From assembly GCF_009914755.1 (NCBI RefSeq), contig NC_060929.1: a DNA stretch of 64,000 nt. One strand, given 5' to 3'. The notes under the pieces were generated by a model. It had not been told where the DNA came from. It did no database searches and saw only the letters and a list, made by a program, of their open reading frames with translations. Positions 1 through 12,315 of this stretch are shown in pieces; the stretch's first letter is position 1, and every line of letters begins with the position of its first letter. Made by a program: the position numbers and the translations under genes. The stretch comes from the human T2T-CHM13v2.0 reference genome, Homo sapiens.

Positions 1-82
1 AAAGCTATTTGGTTTATTGAAACTGGTATGCCCTATATACCTTGGAGACATGTACCTGAAGGCCTTGAAAGATGCATTTCTT

Positions 83-1028
83 TTTTATTCTTTTATTTTT
101 TTGATTTCCAACTTTAAGTCAAGGGGTACATGTGCCACGGTGGTTTGCTGCACAGATCACCCAATCACCTAGCATCCATTAGCTATTTTTCCTGATATCC
201 TCCCTCCTCCCACCCCCACCCTCCAACAGACACCAGTGTTTGTTGTTCCCATGTGTCCATATGTTCTCATCATTCAGCTCCCACTTATAAGTTAGAACAT
301 GTGGTATTTGGCTTTCTGTTCCTGTATTAGTTTGCTGAGGGTAATGGCATCCAGCTACATCCATGTCCTTACAAAGGATATGATCTCATTCCATTTTATG
401 GCTGCATAGTATCCTATAGTGTATGTGTCCCACATTTTCTTTATCCAGTCTATCATTGATGGGCATTTAGGTTGATTCCATGTCTTTGCTCTTATGAATA
501 GTGCTGCATTGGACACACACATGCATGTATCTTTATAACAGAATGATTTATATTACTTTGGGTATACACCCAGTAATGGGATTGCTAGGTCAAATGGTAT
601 TTCTGCCTCTAGGTCTTGGAGGAATCACCACACTGTCTTCCACAATGGTTGAACTAATTTATATTCCCTCCAACAGTGTAAAAGCATTCCTTTTCCTCCA
701 CAACCTCGCCAGCATCTGCTATTTTTGACTTTTTAATAATAGCTAGTCTGACTGGTATGAGATTGTATCTCATTATGGTTTTTATTTGCATTTCTCTAAT
801 AATCAGTGATTTTGAGTTTTCTTCCGTAAGTTTCTTGGCCACATGTATGTCTTCTTTTGAGAAGTGTCTATTCATGTCCTTTGCCCACTTTTTAATGGGA
901 TTCTTTTTCTGTAAATTTGTTTAAGTTCCTCAAAGATGCTGGATATTAGACCTTTGTCAGATTGATAGATTGCAAAAATTTTTCCCATTCTGTAGGTTGT
1001 CTGTTTGCTCTGATGAAAGTTTCTTTTG
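83..1028 (-). mobile_element. 5'-truncated primate LINE-1 3' end (older L1PA, about L1PA13-15)
   Basis: T-rich tail, L1 3'UTR, ORF2 C-terminal peptide [15 protein letters not shown] (654-875). Degenerate TSD gatgcatttctt (71-82) / gctgcatttctt (1032-1043). Confidence 0.93.
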
Positions 1029-3199
1029 GAGGCTGCATTTCTTGACCATTTTTTAAATTGTTGTCATAAGAAGTATCCTTTGTCCTTTCTAAAATCATCT
1101 ATTTCAGCTGAAAAAAAGATTTTGTGTTTAAAGATGTGATTTATGTTTTTATTAAAATCATGTTTTATTTTGTAATGATGAATCCACTTTGATTAAAGGG
1201 ATTTTGGTCATATTATTTGCTGCAGGGAAGTGAAATGTAAAGTTCTCAAGATTTGAAAACATAAGATTTCTTAGATCATTTACAACATAAAAGTTGCTTG
1301 ATTCTATATATAGTTTCAATCTTTGCATACAGTTAGGATGTGGATTAGTTGATTGTTACTAAAATCCAGCATGATGTGTTTAAAGGTGATACAGACTTAT
1401 ATAGATGCTAGCTAAATCATTTGTCATGGTAGATCAGTAGGTCTTAAATTTTAAAATATATTTGCCAATGTCACCTGGGTGGAAAAATTTAGCCAAAACT
1501 TTAGGCCTCATGTGGTGGTTTTAGGGTCAAACGAATCCTACTTCTAGCACTGATAAATTGTGGAACCTGCAATTACTAACTTTATTTCTGAAAGCACTGA
1601 TTATTACATTTAATAGACTTCACAATAGTACTCACATGTTAAGTATGTTGGGAGTATTAAAACTGCAAAACCTGAAAAGTGGACCACCAAATTCACTCTC
1701 TGGTGATTAGTTACTTTCCAATAATTTGTAGTTGATAACTCATTCGACCCACGTACTCATTAACAGGATCTATTTAACAATATTATGATTTTTTCAGACT
1801 TTATGATATGTTATATTGGTGTCTTTGAACAAAATAGAAATTTGGCAAGTATCTTTGGAATCCTGTACTAATCTTCCACTCTATAAGCTCCAAAACAGCA
1901 TGATAACAAAATGTCTCATCCTATAGTAAAAGCAGCCCACAGCAAGGAGATGGTTTAGTATAAAACATACTTTTTTTTCTTCTAATATGTGAAGGGTTTT
2001 ATCTTATATTTCAATAACCAGCTATTTCATATAGTTTTAGTAGATTATTATAATTCTAATTCCATGAGGGTTCTTTTTTTTTGTTTTGTAGCTCCTGATT
2101 TCTTTAATACCACTCTACATGGAAATTTGCATGATCAGTTTCTTTCCAGAGAGAGAACAATCATTGGATATAGCGATAGATCAAATTAATGAGGAAGTGA
2201 ACGTGTTTCTCATAAATTGGCCATCATAAAAAGACTAAAAATTTCACGTGCTAGGAACAAAAAAGCTATTATGAATTATAAAAGTAAAAGAAAAACAAAC
2301 ATAATATGAAGGAAAGTTTGTATTTAGAAAATCTCCGGAAGTTAAGTTTTGGAGTTATGGAGAAAAAACTGAACTAAGGAGTATTCCTAGGAGAAAAGAA
2401 GAGGATTTGGTCAACATCAATTTCTGAAAAAAACTTTTTTTGAAAAAAATTGTAAATGATTTAGTTGACTATTATAGTGCCTATGATCTATTTACTTCAT
2501 ATTTTCCAGAATTTCATTTCAAAAAAATTCAGTAGGGAAGTTATATTTGCCCTAAGCTAACTTTAAATCAGATAAGTAACTACTGAAATAGATAATTTTA
2601 TTCATGAGTATTTTTTCAGTTTGAGTTAAGCCAATTATACATAATGATACATATAACACACGGTAGGATATTCTCTTCAGTCCAATATAGTAATTATATG
2701 TGTATATGTGTGTATGTGCACATTTATATGTATATTTATGCCTATGTATATTAAAACCTATATCCGTATACCTAGCTCTCTCCCCACTAAACTTACATAA
2801 TGACTGAAGCCTCAGCTGCTCTGAGGGCATTTACCGCTTAAGAAACTGGGTTGTTTGATACCTGCAGCTGCATAAAACTCAACAGATAAGGTTTTGGGCA
2901 GTGATAGGTGGGGGGATTCCTACAAGATAAAATGATCCTTGAATAACTATGTTTTCATTGACAGATTAGACAAGAAAAAACAATGCCAGCAAAGAAAGGC
3001 AAAGCATAAATTTTTGTTTTCATACTAGTGTCATTTGGGAAAAGAAAAGCTTCCATAAGTACCTGTCAATTACACTGCCAGTTTTTTATTTATTTGCTAT
3101 TTCTAACCTCTATGCTTATAGTCTCTGAAACACTAAGACAAATCTACAGGTATGTTGTAAGTATCAAGTAGTTCTCTTAAAAATTAATGAAACATGTAA

Positions 3200-4133
3200 A
3201 CTAGAAATATTAAAAGCATCCAGAGGTAAACAAAGTCCAAAAACAACACTGAAGAAACAAAGCAAGAAGGAACATACAGGATGATATCTTCTAGGACTGT
3301 AAAGAAAGGAAGATATAGAAATATATAGAAGACCAGAACAACATTATCAAACAAATTTTAGTAACTGACATTTTTTCATATTTCTAGAACACAACACTCA
3401 ATGATGTCAGAATGTACATTTTGCTCAAATACACTATAGAGTCCAGAAATAGTCCCAGAACTATATGGACGACTGATTTTTTTGTACAAATACAAAGGTA
3501 ATTTGATGGAGAAAAGATAGCTATTTTGACAAATAGAGTAGACACAATTGGATATACTTAGAGGAAAAAGAAATAAAAAGAAAGTAAAAACAATATTCTG
3601 TCTGTAAATCAACACCATATACAAAAGGCAACTCAAAATGGACATTGCCAGGATTTAAATGTGTCCCCAAAGTTCATGTATTAGAAACTTAATACCCAAT
3701 ACGGAAGTGCTGTGAAGTAGGGCCTAATAAGTGGTTATTAGGTTATGAGGACTCTGCCCTTGTGAATGAATTAGTGTCAGAATCATGGGACTGTGTTAGT
3801 TGTTAAGAGAGTGGCCTTTTTATAAAAGCAGGTTTGACCCCCTCTTGCTGGCTTGTTCTATTGTGCTCTCTTACCCATCTGCCTTCCACCATGGGATAAA
3901 GCAGCAAGACCTTCACCAGATGTAGGCCCTTTGACCTTGGATGTCTTAGCCTGCAGAATGGTAAGAAAAAAATGTAATTTATTTATAAGTTACCCAGTCT
4001 GTGGTATTCTATTATAGCAATACATAAAAAACTTAGACAAACATACATGTAAATCCAAAACCTTAATAAAACTATAAATTGTTTTTAGCTAACATAGCAT
4101 AAAATTGTCATGACTTTGAGTTAGGCATAAAGA
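3200..4133 (+). mobile_element. Ancient L1M ORF2 fragment interrupted by an MST LTR
   Basis: L1-like motifs caccatatacaaaa...actcaaaatgga resume after the LTR with aaaactataaa...gactttgagttaggca. Left boundary approximate. Confidence 0.65.
3646..4039 (+). mobile_element. MaLR solo LTR (MSTC/MSTD-like)
   Basis: TG...CA ends, aatgtgtccccaaagttcatgt start, agtctgtggtattctattatagca end, 5-bp TSD gacat/aacat. Confidence 0.88.
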
Positions 4134-4254
4134 GAAAAATAATTCCTCAGTACAATGGAACAAGAATATGATGAATGGCAGACTTCTAATCTGATACAAT
4201 GGAAGCCACAAAGCAATGGGATGAATGACTGAAATAAAAGAAAAAATTGGACAA

Positions 4255-4390
4255 GAATTCTTTATACAGCAAAAGTATCCTTCATAAATGATGGGGAGAA
4301 AAGGTATTTGTAGATAAACCAAGACTAATAGAATTTATTGCTAGCAAACTTGCCTTTCAAGAAATACTATTGGAAGTCTCTGAAGGAGAC
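4255..4390 (+). mobile_element. L1M ORF1 C-terminal fragment
   Basis: Resembles the reverse complement of the L1M ORF1 segment at 14590-14720 (gaatttattgctagcaaacttgcc). Confidence 0.6.
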
Positions 4391-4399
4391 ATTCTAGCT

Positions 4400-5368
4400 A
4401 ATATAGCAACAACTCTGGTTTCTGATTTTTATTTTCCCCCCTGAATTTTTTTGTAAGTATCATGTCCAGACTAAATTAATTATATCTGTCTTTCTTACGG
4501 TGCATGTTAGCTGATGTTCAATTTATTATGATTGTTATTATTATTTTAAGCATGGCAGCCTAGAAGTAGCTGTATGTCTGCATTGCAGGGGCAGGACTAA
4601 GGTGAGGCAAACAAGGAGGCTTGGGAGGAAAACTTAAAGAGGCACTTGCTCACAGTATTGTGCAGTACAGGATTGGTTCATGTGTCTGTGTGTAGTCTGG
4701 ATGGTAAACTCAAAGCTAGGCAGTTTTCAATCTGCCCTGATTTACTTTTTGCTGGAACCTCTCGTATATCTTTTGGATGTGTGTCCAGTCTCCTGCAAGC
4801 CAGTAATATGTGGATATATTGAACCATCTCCAACCTTTGAAGCAAATGTGTGCAGGCTCTGTGTTCAGCCAAACATACTTAGAGTATGTCAAGCCTGTCT
4901 CTGACCATCTTGCCTCCCAGATCCTCCTGCTAAATCCCTGGTTAGTCTGTTGCTCACTTCAAATGGGACTACAATCTTCGTCTAGGCTATATTTAGGCCT
5001 TTCCCTTCCTCTGCTGGATATGGGTTTACTGTCTTCCACTAGAAATTAATTAATCCCTTTTCCAGCCTCAGAACTGCTGATTTTCTTAGATTGTCCTCTG
5101 TGATAGAATCACCATGCCAACTTAGCTGAGAGACTGGGTGAAAGGGATTGCTCCAGACAAGAATGCTATAAACTCTGACTATTCTTGTCTGAAATTTAGT
5201 ACTTTCTAATGAAAAGAAAAACCAAAAAACCTCATCTCAGCTTGCTGTACACTTTGGGCTGCCTCCCAGAGCATATAGAGTCATTTTTGGCAGTTCTATC
5301 CAAGTGTGTAATTGCTTTTGGGGAGAGGATTTGCCAGCCTCCTCACCCTGACATGCTAGAGGTAGCCT
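4400..5368 (-). mobile_element. Ancient L1M 5' region
   Basis: Ends with ttgcttttggggagaggatttgccagcctcctcac, typical of the reverse-complemented 5' terminus of old L1M elements. Confidence 0.55.
4586..4675. mobile_element. MER96 (hAT MITE), left half only
   Basis: caggggcaggactaaggtgaggcaa...aaacttaaagaggcact matches the MER96 terminal inverted repeat as recalled. Confidence 0.7.
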
Positions 5369-5469
5369 TCTTTCATTTGACCATTTGGGGCATATTTTTT
5401 TCACATATGAATTGAGCCTACTGCTGAATGTGCCAATTTCACAGAATGTGTGAAAGGATCAAATGATTA

Positions 5470-5700
5470 TAATAGGTAGTATTTACTGATGGCTTTTTAA
5501 TTCTATAAACTATTCTAAGCAATTAAAATATTTTACTGTATTTAATTCTCAAAAACTTTGAATGCTTACACACCCTAGTTATCCAATTCTAGAGATTAGA
5601 AAACTGAAGGAATTGAGAAGTTAAGTTGTCCAAGGTCAGAGCTAGTGAGAAGAGAATGGATTCAGACCACGAAGCTGAACTGTTCACTCCCAAATTCTGC
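5470..5700 (-). mobile_element. MIR SINE
   Basis: Core gaaaactgaagg...agaagttaagttgtccaaggtcagagctagtga. Confidence 0.75.
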
Positions 5701-6639
5701 TACCTAAATTAAAAATTATAAGAATAAGATTTTGCTTTTGTTGTCTTTCATATTCTATCCCATGCTCCATATATTTATAGAACTTGTCAATCACTGATTC
5801 ATCTAATGATTCTTTTGTATCTGTATCAGCTCCATGTCTCAGAGTGGATGATCTGTAGTTATAAATAGAATCAGAGTTTGCAGAACAGAGGGCAAAAAGC
5901 CAGAGATTTTGATTAGGAAACTGAGGGCCACGACATGGAAATCATAGAGCAAAAGAGCACATGACCTGGTTGGTTGTCATTTTGATAAAGTGATTTTTTT
6001 CCCTTTGAGGATGGTCAGAGTTTATGAGTCATTTTCATACAGCTGTCTGAAACTTCTTTCTGATAAGCAAAGGTGTGCTGACAAGCAAATCATATATATA
6101 TTTCTCCATACCACTGTATCTTCAGACTTGAGGACATAACACGTAGTGTTTTATTGTCTTATCATAATTTAATTTTTTACCAAGGTCTGACTAGATATAC
6201 AGAAAGGCTATCAGTGGGAAGGATGCAATTGCAGGCTGGGTAATGACACATTTCTCATAGAGATGGATAGAACACAGAAAACAATCTCCCCACTTTATCA
6301 GTTTATGTCATGGTGTATTTCCATTGGTGGCCACATGGAGGACATGCAGTTGAAGCCTCATTTTACATACACAAATATACTCTAGATCCCTTGCAATAAC
6401 AGGCATTCACCCTAAACTAGCCTGTCTCATTTGTCAACATAATGTCCAGCATAAAAAACAGTGACTGCTTTTTATTTTAAATGCCATTCATTCTGTATTT
6501 ATTTGTTTTTGAAGTAAATGTCAGTTGGGGAAAACAATGCACCCGTCTTTAAGTTGGAGGTAACTGAATTATAAAGCTCTTCTGATTTCATACTGAAAGT
6601 ACTTGGGCTGGATAATAGTGATGCCCAGGAGTGTACCCC

Positions 6640-6830
6640 TACAATCAGGCATCTTGGATTCAAATTCAGCTCTATCACCTACTAACAAGCACTGCAGTAT
6701 TGGCCTCATCCTATTAATTCCCTGAGCATTGGTTTCATTACTGTCTATAAAAACACTTTTCTAACCTATCTTTTAAAGCTTTTGTAAGGGTGAAATAATA
6801 TAACTTTATAAATTCTAATAATAAATGCAA
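6640..6830 (+). mobile_element. MIR SINE (degraded)
   Basis: B-box-like ggattcaaattcagctctatcacctacta. Confidence 0.6.
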
Positions 6831-7199
6831 AATTACTATATAATTATCAGTTAATGATATTTTGTTAATGAAAACCATTCATATGCAAGTTTCACACATA
6901 TTTTTACAATGGATTGTAATAATTATGCTTGCTGTTAATATGGATTACATTAACATTATTCTTCTATAATTTTATTTTCATACTGAGACCCTCCTGATGG
7001 TCTCAAATTTAATTTTAAGAAAGAAACAACTAAAAGCAAGTTGAAATTATTTCATATGGAGGATGGGATTATTTTATTGGTGGGCCACAATTAAATCATT
7101 TTGTACTGCAAGATAATCATTACAGGCATCAGATATATCAGAGCACAAAGACAACATTCCATGAATAGGGTAGGTGAATCAGCAGAATGTAAATGGCTA

Positions 7200-7325
7200 A
7201 ATGTTGTAGGAGAAAGAGAATGAGATTTAAAATTGAATGGAACCAAATTCAAGTCCTGATTCTGTTAATTTTTAGGCAAAGCACTTAACCTCTTTTTCCT
7301 CGTTGATTAAGTGGAGATAACAGAA
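7200..7325 (+). mobile_element. MIR SINE fragment
   Basis: ttcaagtcctgattctg...ttaggcaaagcacttaacctct. Confidence 0.6.
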
Positions 7326-7332
7326 TTGCCTA

Positions 7333-7590
7333 GCATCTATTGAGTATTCACTATATACAGAGTGAATATATATAGTTTTATATAGCACTATATACAGAGT
7401 GCTATATTAAACATACATCATTTACTTTTCAGAAAAACAAAATGAAGCAAGTTCTATTAGTATGCCCACTTTACAGATAATGTTACTGAGGCTTTCTGCA
7501 TTTGGGTGACTTACTCCAGATCACAAACACAGTATATGGTAGACCCAGTATCTGCATCCAGTCATATGATTCTAAAGCTGTATACTTCAT
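7333..7590 (-). mobile_element. MIR SINE carrying a 37-bp templated insertion
   Basis: cccactttacagataatgttactgaggct...gtgacttactccagatcaca core. Confidence 0.75.
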
Positions 7591-7894
7591 AAATTAAAAT
7601 ATCTCCTTAACACTTTGATATGATTACATTTATATATATAATTTTATGGTTATTTATAGTTAGATGTTATTTGTAATTAAGAGGTTATATTTATACATAT
7701 TTTTACATATATAGTTTATATATAATGTCTTTATAGATAATCAGCAAATGACCTGTTGAATTCTTCCAGGAAGATATCATCAAAGATTTTTAACAAAGTG
7801 AGATAATATTAATTATTTCAGGTATTGAACTATGGGTTTTTCCCCAATTTAATTGATTGGATTTCTATGGATAACATTTTGAAGCAAATGTTAT

Positions 7895-8040
7895 CTATTA
7901 ATTAAATAGATCAGTAAGAAAAGAAGTCTAAGCAAGTGAGTGACTTTCTCAATCACACAGCTACTAAGTAGAAAAATTGGGATTCATTTAAACTTGATTT
8001 TCTGGCTCTAATGTTCAGATCTTCTCACCATGCCACACTA
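7895..8040 (-). mobile_element. MIR fragment
   Basis: agtgactttctcaatcacacagctactaagtagaaaaattgggattca. Confidence 0.65.
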
Positions 8041-8634
8041 AGGATTTAAACTATGCTCTATGGTTTATAAATGTATTATTAATAAATTATTTCTTAACAA
8101 CAAATCAAATATTTTTTTCTCCATCTTTTTTTTAAAACAGTAACTTTTTCATTATTCTTTGAACATGTGCCAAGAGTATGATTAACATATGCCAGGGAAG
8201 ATGGATGAATATCTTAGTTACCAACAGGCACCTTGCTATGAATCCATAAACATTTTAAATCAGAGATATGGCAACACTTGATAGACATTCCGTTTTCAAG
8301 TGTCTATTACTGTACACATCTTTTAATCATAATTTTCTCACTGTATTACACAAAAGAATTTGTATAATACAAATTGAAACTGTCAAAATCTGATTGCTTA
8401 ATGCAACATCAAAGTAAATTGATGTGGACTTGGGTGGATAAAGGGGAGAAATCCAGAAATGCCATGTGACAATATATTCTTAATAGTGAGTAAACGGATC
8501 TGGTAATCATGGCTCTTTTAATTTGTGGAAGTAAATTGCCTAGACAAGAAATCAGAAACTCAAGAAAATGTCCACATTTCCTCATAGCATAATCCTGTTT
8601 TTTTTTTCTGCATTGGTAAACATACTGGAAAAAA

Positions 8635-8830
8635 ATTATGACTCTGAAGTAGTTAAGAAATCAAACAGACCTGGCTTCAAATCTGATATTCATCCCTATT
8701 CAGCTGGAATAACATGAGTGAGCTGCTTAACCTTAACCTAAGTCTCATTCATAAAGTGGAAAATTGAGTTATAGTGAGAATCATATGAGACAGTGCATGT
8801 AGAGTACGGTGTCCAGTAGCTATTATTACT
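8635..8830 (+). mobile_element. MIR SINE
   Basis: aaacagacctggcttcaaatctg...gcttaacctt...gtgagaatcatatgaga. Confidence 0.65.
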
Positions 8831-10199
8831 GCTGTTAGTCAAGATCAGGAGATTTTCCTCAATTTCACTCAGCTTCCAAATGGTAACAAGCTATTCATTG
8901 TTGGTATCTTAAAGTCTTCCAGATTGTTGGAAATCTTAGGTAAATGACTGTAAAAAATTTTTCAACTGGTTTTTCTTTGCATTTCTCTTTTTATGACTGG
9001 ACTTTCAATGTTCATTATTTTGCCTTGTTATGTGGCAGATCTTTGTAGTATACATGGAGGATAGAAGTTGTGGAAAGGAGAATGATTATGAACTGTCTTT
9101 GCTTTCCAGGAATTTGTAATCTATAGCAAGAGACAAACATAAATACAATTCTAGTAGAACTGTGCTACAATAAGTTCTAAGTAATTGAGGAGTAACAGAA
9201 GAGTAACAACATGTCTGAGAGAGGAGAAAATCAGTGTACTTGGGGGGACCTGGGAACAGTCAGAGCAGGAGTGGGGCTATGAAAGGCTGGGTCAGAAATT
9301 ACCAAAAGGATATTAAAATAGAGAAAAATCACCAAGTAGGACTTAAGCAAATTTCTTGGGAAGTGAAAGATTATAGGCAGCAATAGAAAACCAAAACTAG
9401 ATGTAAATTGCTGAAGAATAGAGTGCAAGGAATAGTTAGAAATAGGTCAGTTTGTGGCACATTCAGGAGAACCCAAATCAAGTAATTATTCCACAACCTA
9501 TGAGGTAAAGAAAAGTCATAAAATCACTTTAGGTAAACAACTATGGTATCTTATGTAATATGTCACCTATGCTTGTTGGTATTTAAAATCTCCAATTAGT
9601 AGCACTTGAGAATGTCTTGGTGACTTATTATCTTCTGTGTTTTATAATTTTTAACAGTAAATTTGTGTTCATAAGAGGTGATTACTCAATTTTTATATCA
9701 TTTTTGCCCCCAGAGAATTGTTCATGGCCTGAAATAATGAAGGCAACATGCACTGAGGAGTGATTCTGCATTGTCTCTATAGGGTGCATGGGATAATTGG
9801 TTCTGAGTAAGTTTTTTTGTTAATAATCTTAAGTAATAATGTTTCCATTATGTAAATAGTATTGAAGTCTGACCCATTACCTCTTCATAGGTAAGAGTGG
9901 GAGCCCTATTTCTAACTATGGCTCTCTTTTGTATTTTATCTCCAGACCAGTGAGAGGAGGCTTTCTAGACTGTCTTACAGAAGGGACAGTACTTCTTGGG
10001 TTTTCAGTGAAGGCAAAAATCTTAGAATCTATTCCTCATGATGCAGAAGCATAAGGTCACTTTCTGATTTTCATTTGCTTGTTGAAACCTCAACTCTTGT
10101 AGGCTATATTATCTTCTGATGCTCCAGTGGGCTGCATGTCACTGGTTGCTCACAATTATGGTTTCAATTCTTCTTTTCTGGTATATAAATACTTCTTTT

Positions 10200-10810
10200 T
10201 ATTTGCTTTTCAATGGCGTATTGGGATATATTTCACATATTCATACCATTCGCCTATTTAAAGTATACAATTCATAAGTTTTATTTTATTCATGAAGTTG
10301 TGCATCCATCATCACAATCAATTTTAGAATATTTTTTATTACCCCAAAAAGAAACCACATATCTATCATCCATTTCCCTCAATCCTTCCGTCTTCTACAG
10401 CTGTGGAAAACCGCTAATCTACTTTACTCCGTATACATTTGCCTATTCCGAACATTTCATACAGATGGATATATTCCATATGTGGTCCTTTGTAAGTGGT
10501 TTCATTCACTTAGCATAATTTTTTCAAGGTTCCTCATGTTGGAGTATTCATCAGTACTTATTTCTTTTTGTCAATAAATAATATTCAATTGTGTGTTTCC
10601 ACCATTTTCTTTATCCATTCATTAGTTGATAGAGATCTGTGCTGTATCCATTTTTTTCTATTATGAATAATGCTGCTATGAAAATGAATGTATACATTTT
10701 TAAGTATTTATTGTTGTTATTTGCCTGGGGAGTGGAATTGCTGGGTCAAATGATAACTTCATGGTTATTATTTTATGTCACTGCCAGACTTTTTTCCAAA
10801 GTGACTACTA
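10200..10810 (-). mobile_element. L1MB/L1MC-type 3' end
   Basis: tttaaagtatacaattca...tttcattcacttagcataat...gtggaattgctgggtcaaatg. Confidence 0.8.
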
Positions 10811-10980
10811 GTTTACAATCTTTTATTACATATATGGTTGTAGTTGTTATAACTTTCTGATGACCCTCTTTTCATTCTACAATATGTTTTATCTTTAACA
10901 TTTTATAATTTTTTAATTTAAAATTTATTTAAAAATTTAAATCAGTTTTGCCTGATGTTAGCATAGCCACTCCAGTATTA

Positions 10981-11104
10981 TTTTCTTCCTTTGAGACAGG
11001 GTCTCTCTGTTTTCCAGGCTGGCTTTGAACTCCTTGGATCAAGTGATCCCTGCTCCTCAACCTCCCAAGCAGATGTGACTACAGGCATGCACCACCATGC
11101 CTGG
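10981..11104 (-). mobile_element. FLAM (free left Alu monomer)
   Basis: About 125-bp single monomer; degenerate TSD atagccactccagtatt / atacgccacctcagtatt. Confidence 0.85.
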
Positions 11105-11451
11105 ATACGCCACCTCAGTATTTTTATGTTTGCTCTTTGTATTATACATCTTTTTTCATCTTTTATATTTAACCTATTTATGTATTTGAATCTAAAGTCT
11201 GCCTTCTGTAGACAGCAGACAATAGGATATATTTTTGTTTTTAAATCCAGTCTGATAATTTTTGCCTTTTCATTATTTTATCCCTTTACATTTAATGTTA
11301 TTATAATATAGTTGAATTTTTATTTACCGTGTTACTTGTTTTCTATATGTTTCATGGCTTTTTTGTTCCTTTATTTCTCTTTTACTGTTTGTTTTGCATT
11401 AAGTAAATATAGTAAAATATTTTAGTTTATTTAATGAGTTTTTCACAATAT

Positions 11452-11762
11452 TCTTATTATTATTATTATTATTATTATTATTTGAGACAGGGTCTTGCTG
11501 TGTCACCCAGGCTGGAATGCAGTGGCTCCATCATGGCTCACGGCAACCTCCACCTCCTGGGCTCAAGCCACATCCTTCTACCTCAGTCTCCCCAGTAGCT
11601 AGGACTACAGGCATGTTCCACCATGCCCAGTTGATTTTTAGATTTGTTGTAGATACAGGATTTTGCCATGTAACCCAGGCTCAAACTCCTGAGCTCAAGC
11701 AATCCTCCTGCTTTGGCCTCCTAAAGTTCTGAGATTACAGGTATGAGCCACCATGCCTGACC
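11452..11762 (-). mobile_element. AluJ with (TTA)n tail
   Basis: Dimeric Alu with J-type gagacagggtct and ctcaagcaatcctcctg; tail has become (TTA)~10. Confidence 0.92.
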
Positions 11763-12134
11763 TTCTTGAGTTAATTTTGAGGGATCTATGTAGGGTTTAT
11801 AATATACAACTTATCAGAATCTATTTTAGATGTATACTAATTTAATCCAAGTGAGATTCGAAAACATTACTCCTATCTCTATTTCCTCTTCTCTTTTTGT
11901 GATATTATTATTAAACATATTATTTTTAATTGTATTACAGAAACAACATAAATTATTATAATTATTACTTTATATAATTTGATGTCTATTAAAAAAGCTG
12001 AAAAAAGAAAGGAGTGCAGTATATATTTTTGATGCTATCTATGCCTTCTTATTTACTATTTCTAATTTTCTTATTTTATCCTGTATATATAAGTTAATAT
12101 CTTGCTTCCACTCACGTCCTTTATGTTACTGTTA

Positions 12135-12315
12135 AATATTTATAAAAATTTTAAAAAGGTTACTAAAGATAAATGATATTTTAGAATAAAAAGGGTCAAT
12201 CCATCAGCAAGTTATAATGATTATAATCATACATAACCATATATAAAATAGACAACAGAGTCTCAAAATACATGAAGAAAAAGCCAACAGAACTGAGGAG
12301 AAAACTAGACAATTT
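12135..12315 (+). mobile_element. L1M endonuclease fragment (resumes at about 14385-14420)
   Basis: aaaagggtcaatccatcag...caaaatacatgaag...agacaattt, then caataatggttaaagatttt after the nested L1. Confidence 0.65.

Larger units (their letters stand above)
10820..12130 (-). mobile_element. L1M ORF2 N-terminus (endonuclease) and inter-ORF region, with two nested SINEs
   Basis: tctaaagtctgccttctgtagacagca and ctgatgttagcatagccactccag are endonuclease-region motifs. Confidence 0.7.

Noticed and set aside
6983-7005. Small hairpin tgagacc...ggtctca
   Set aside because: A 7-bp stem is expected by chance in 64 kb, and there is no supporting context.
9800-10060. Splice-like motifs (gagtaagt, ataggtaaga, tatctccag)
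   Set aside because: No coherent acceptor-donor pair with an open frame; such motifs are expected by chance.
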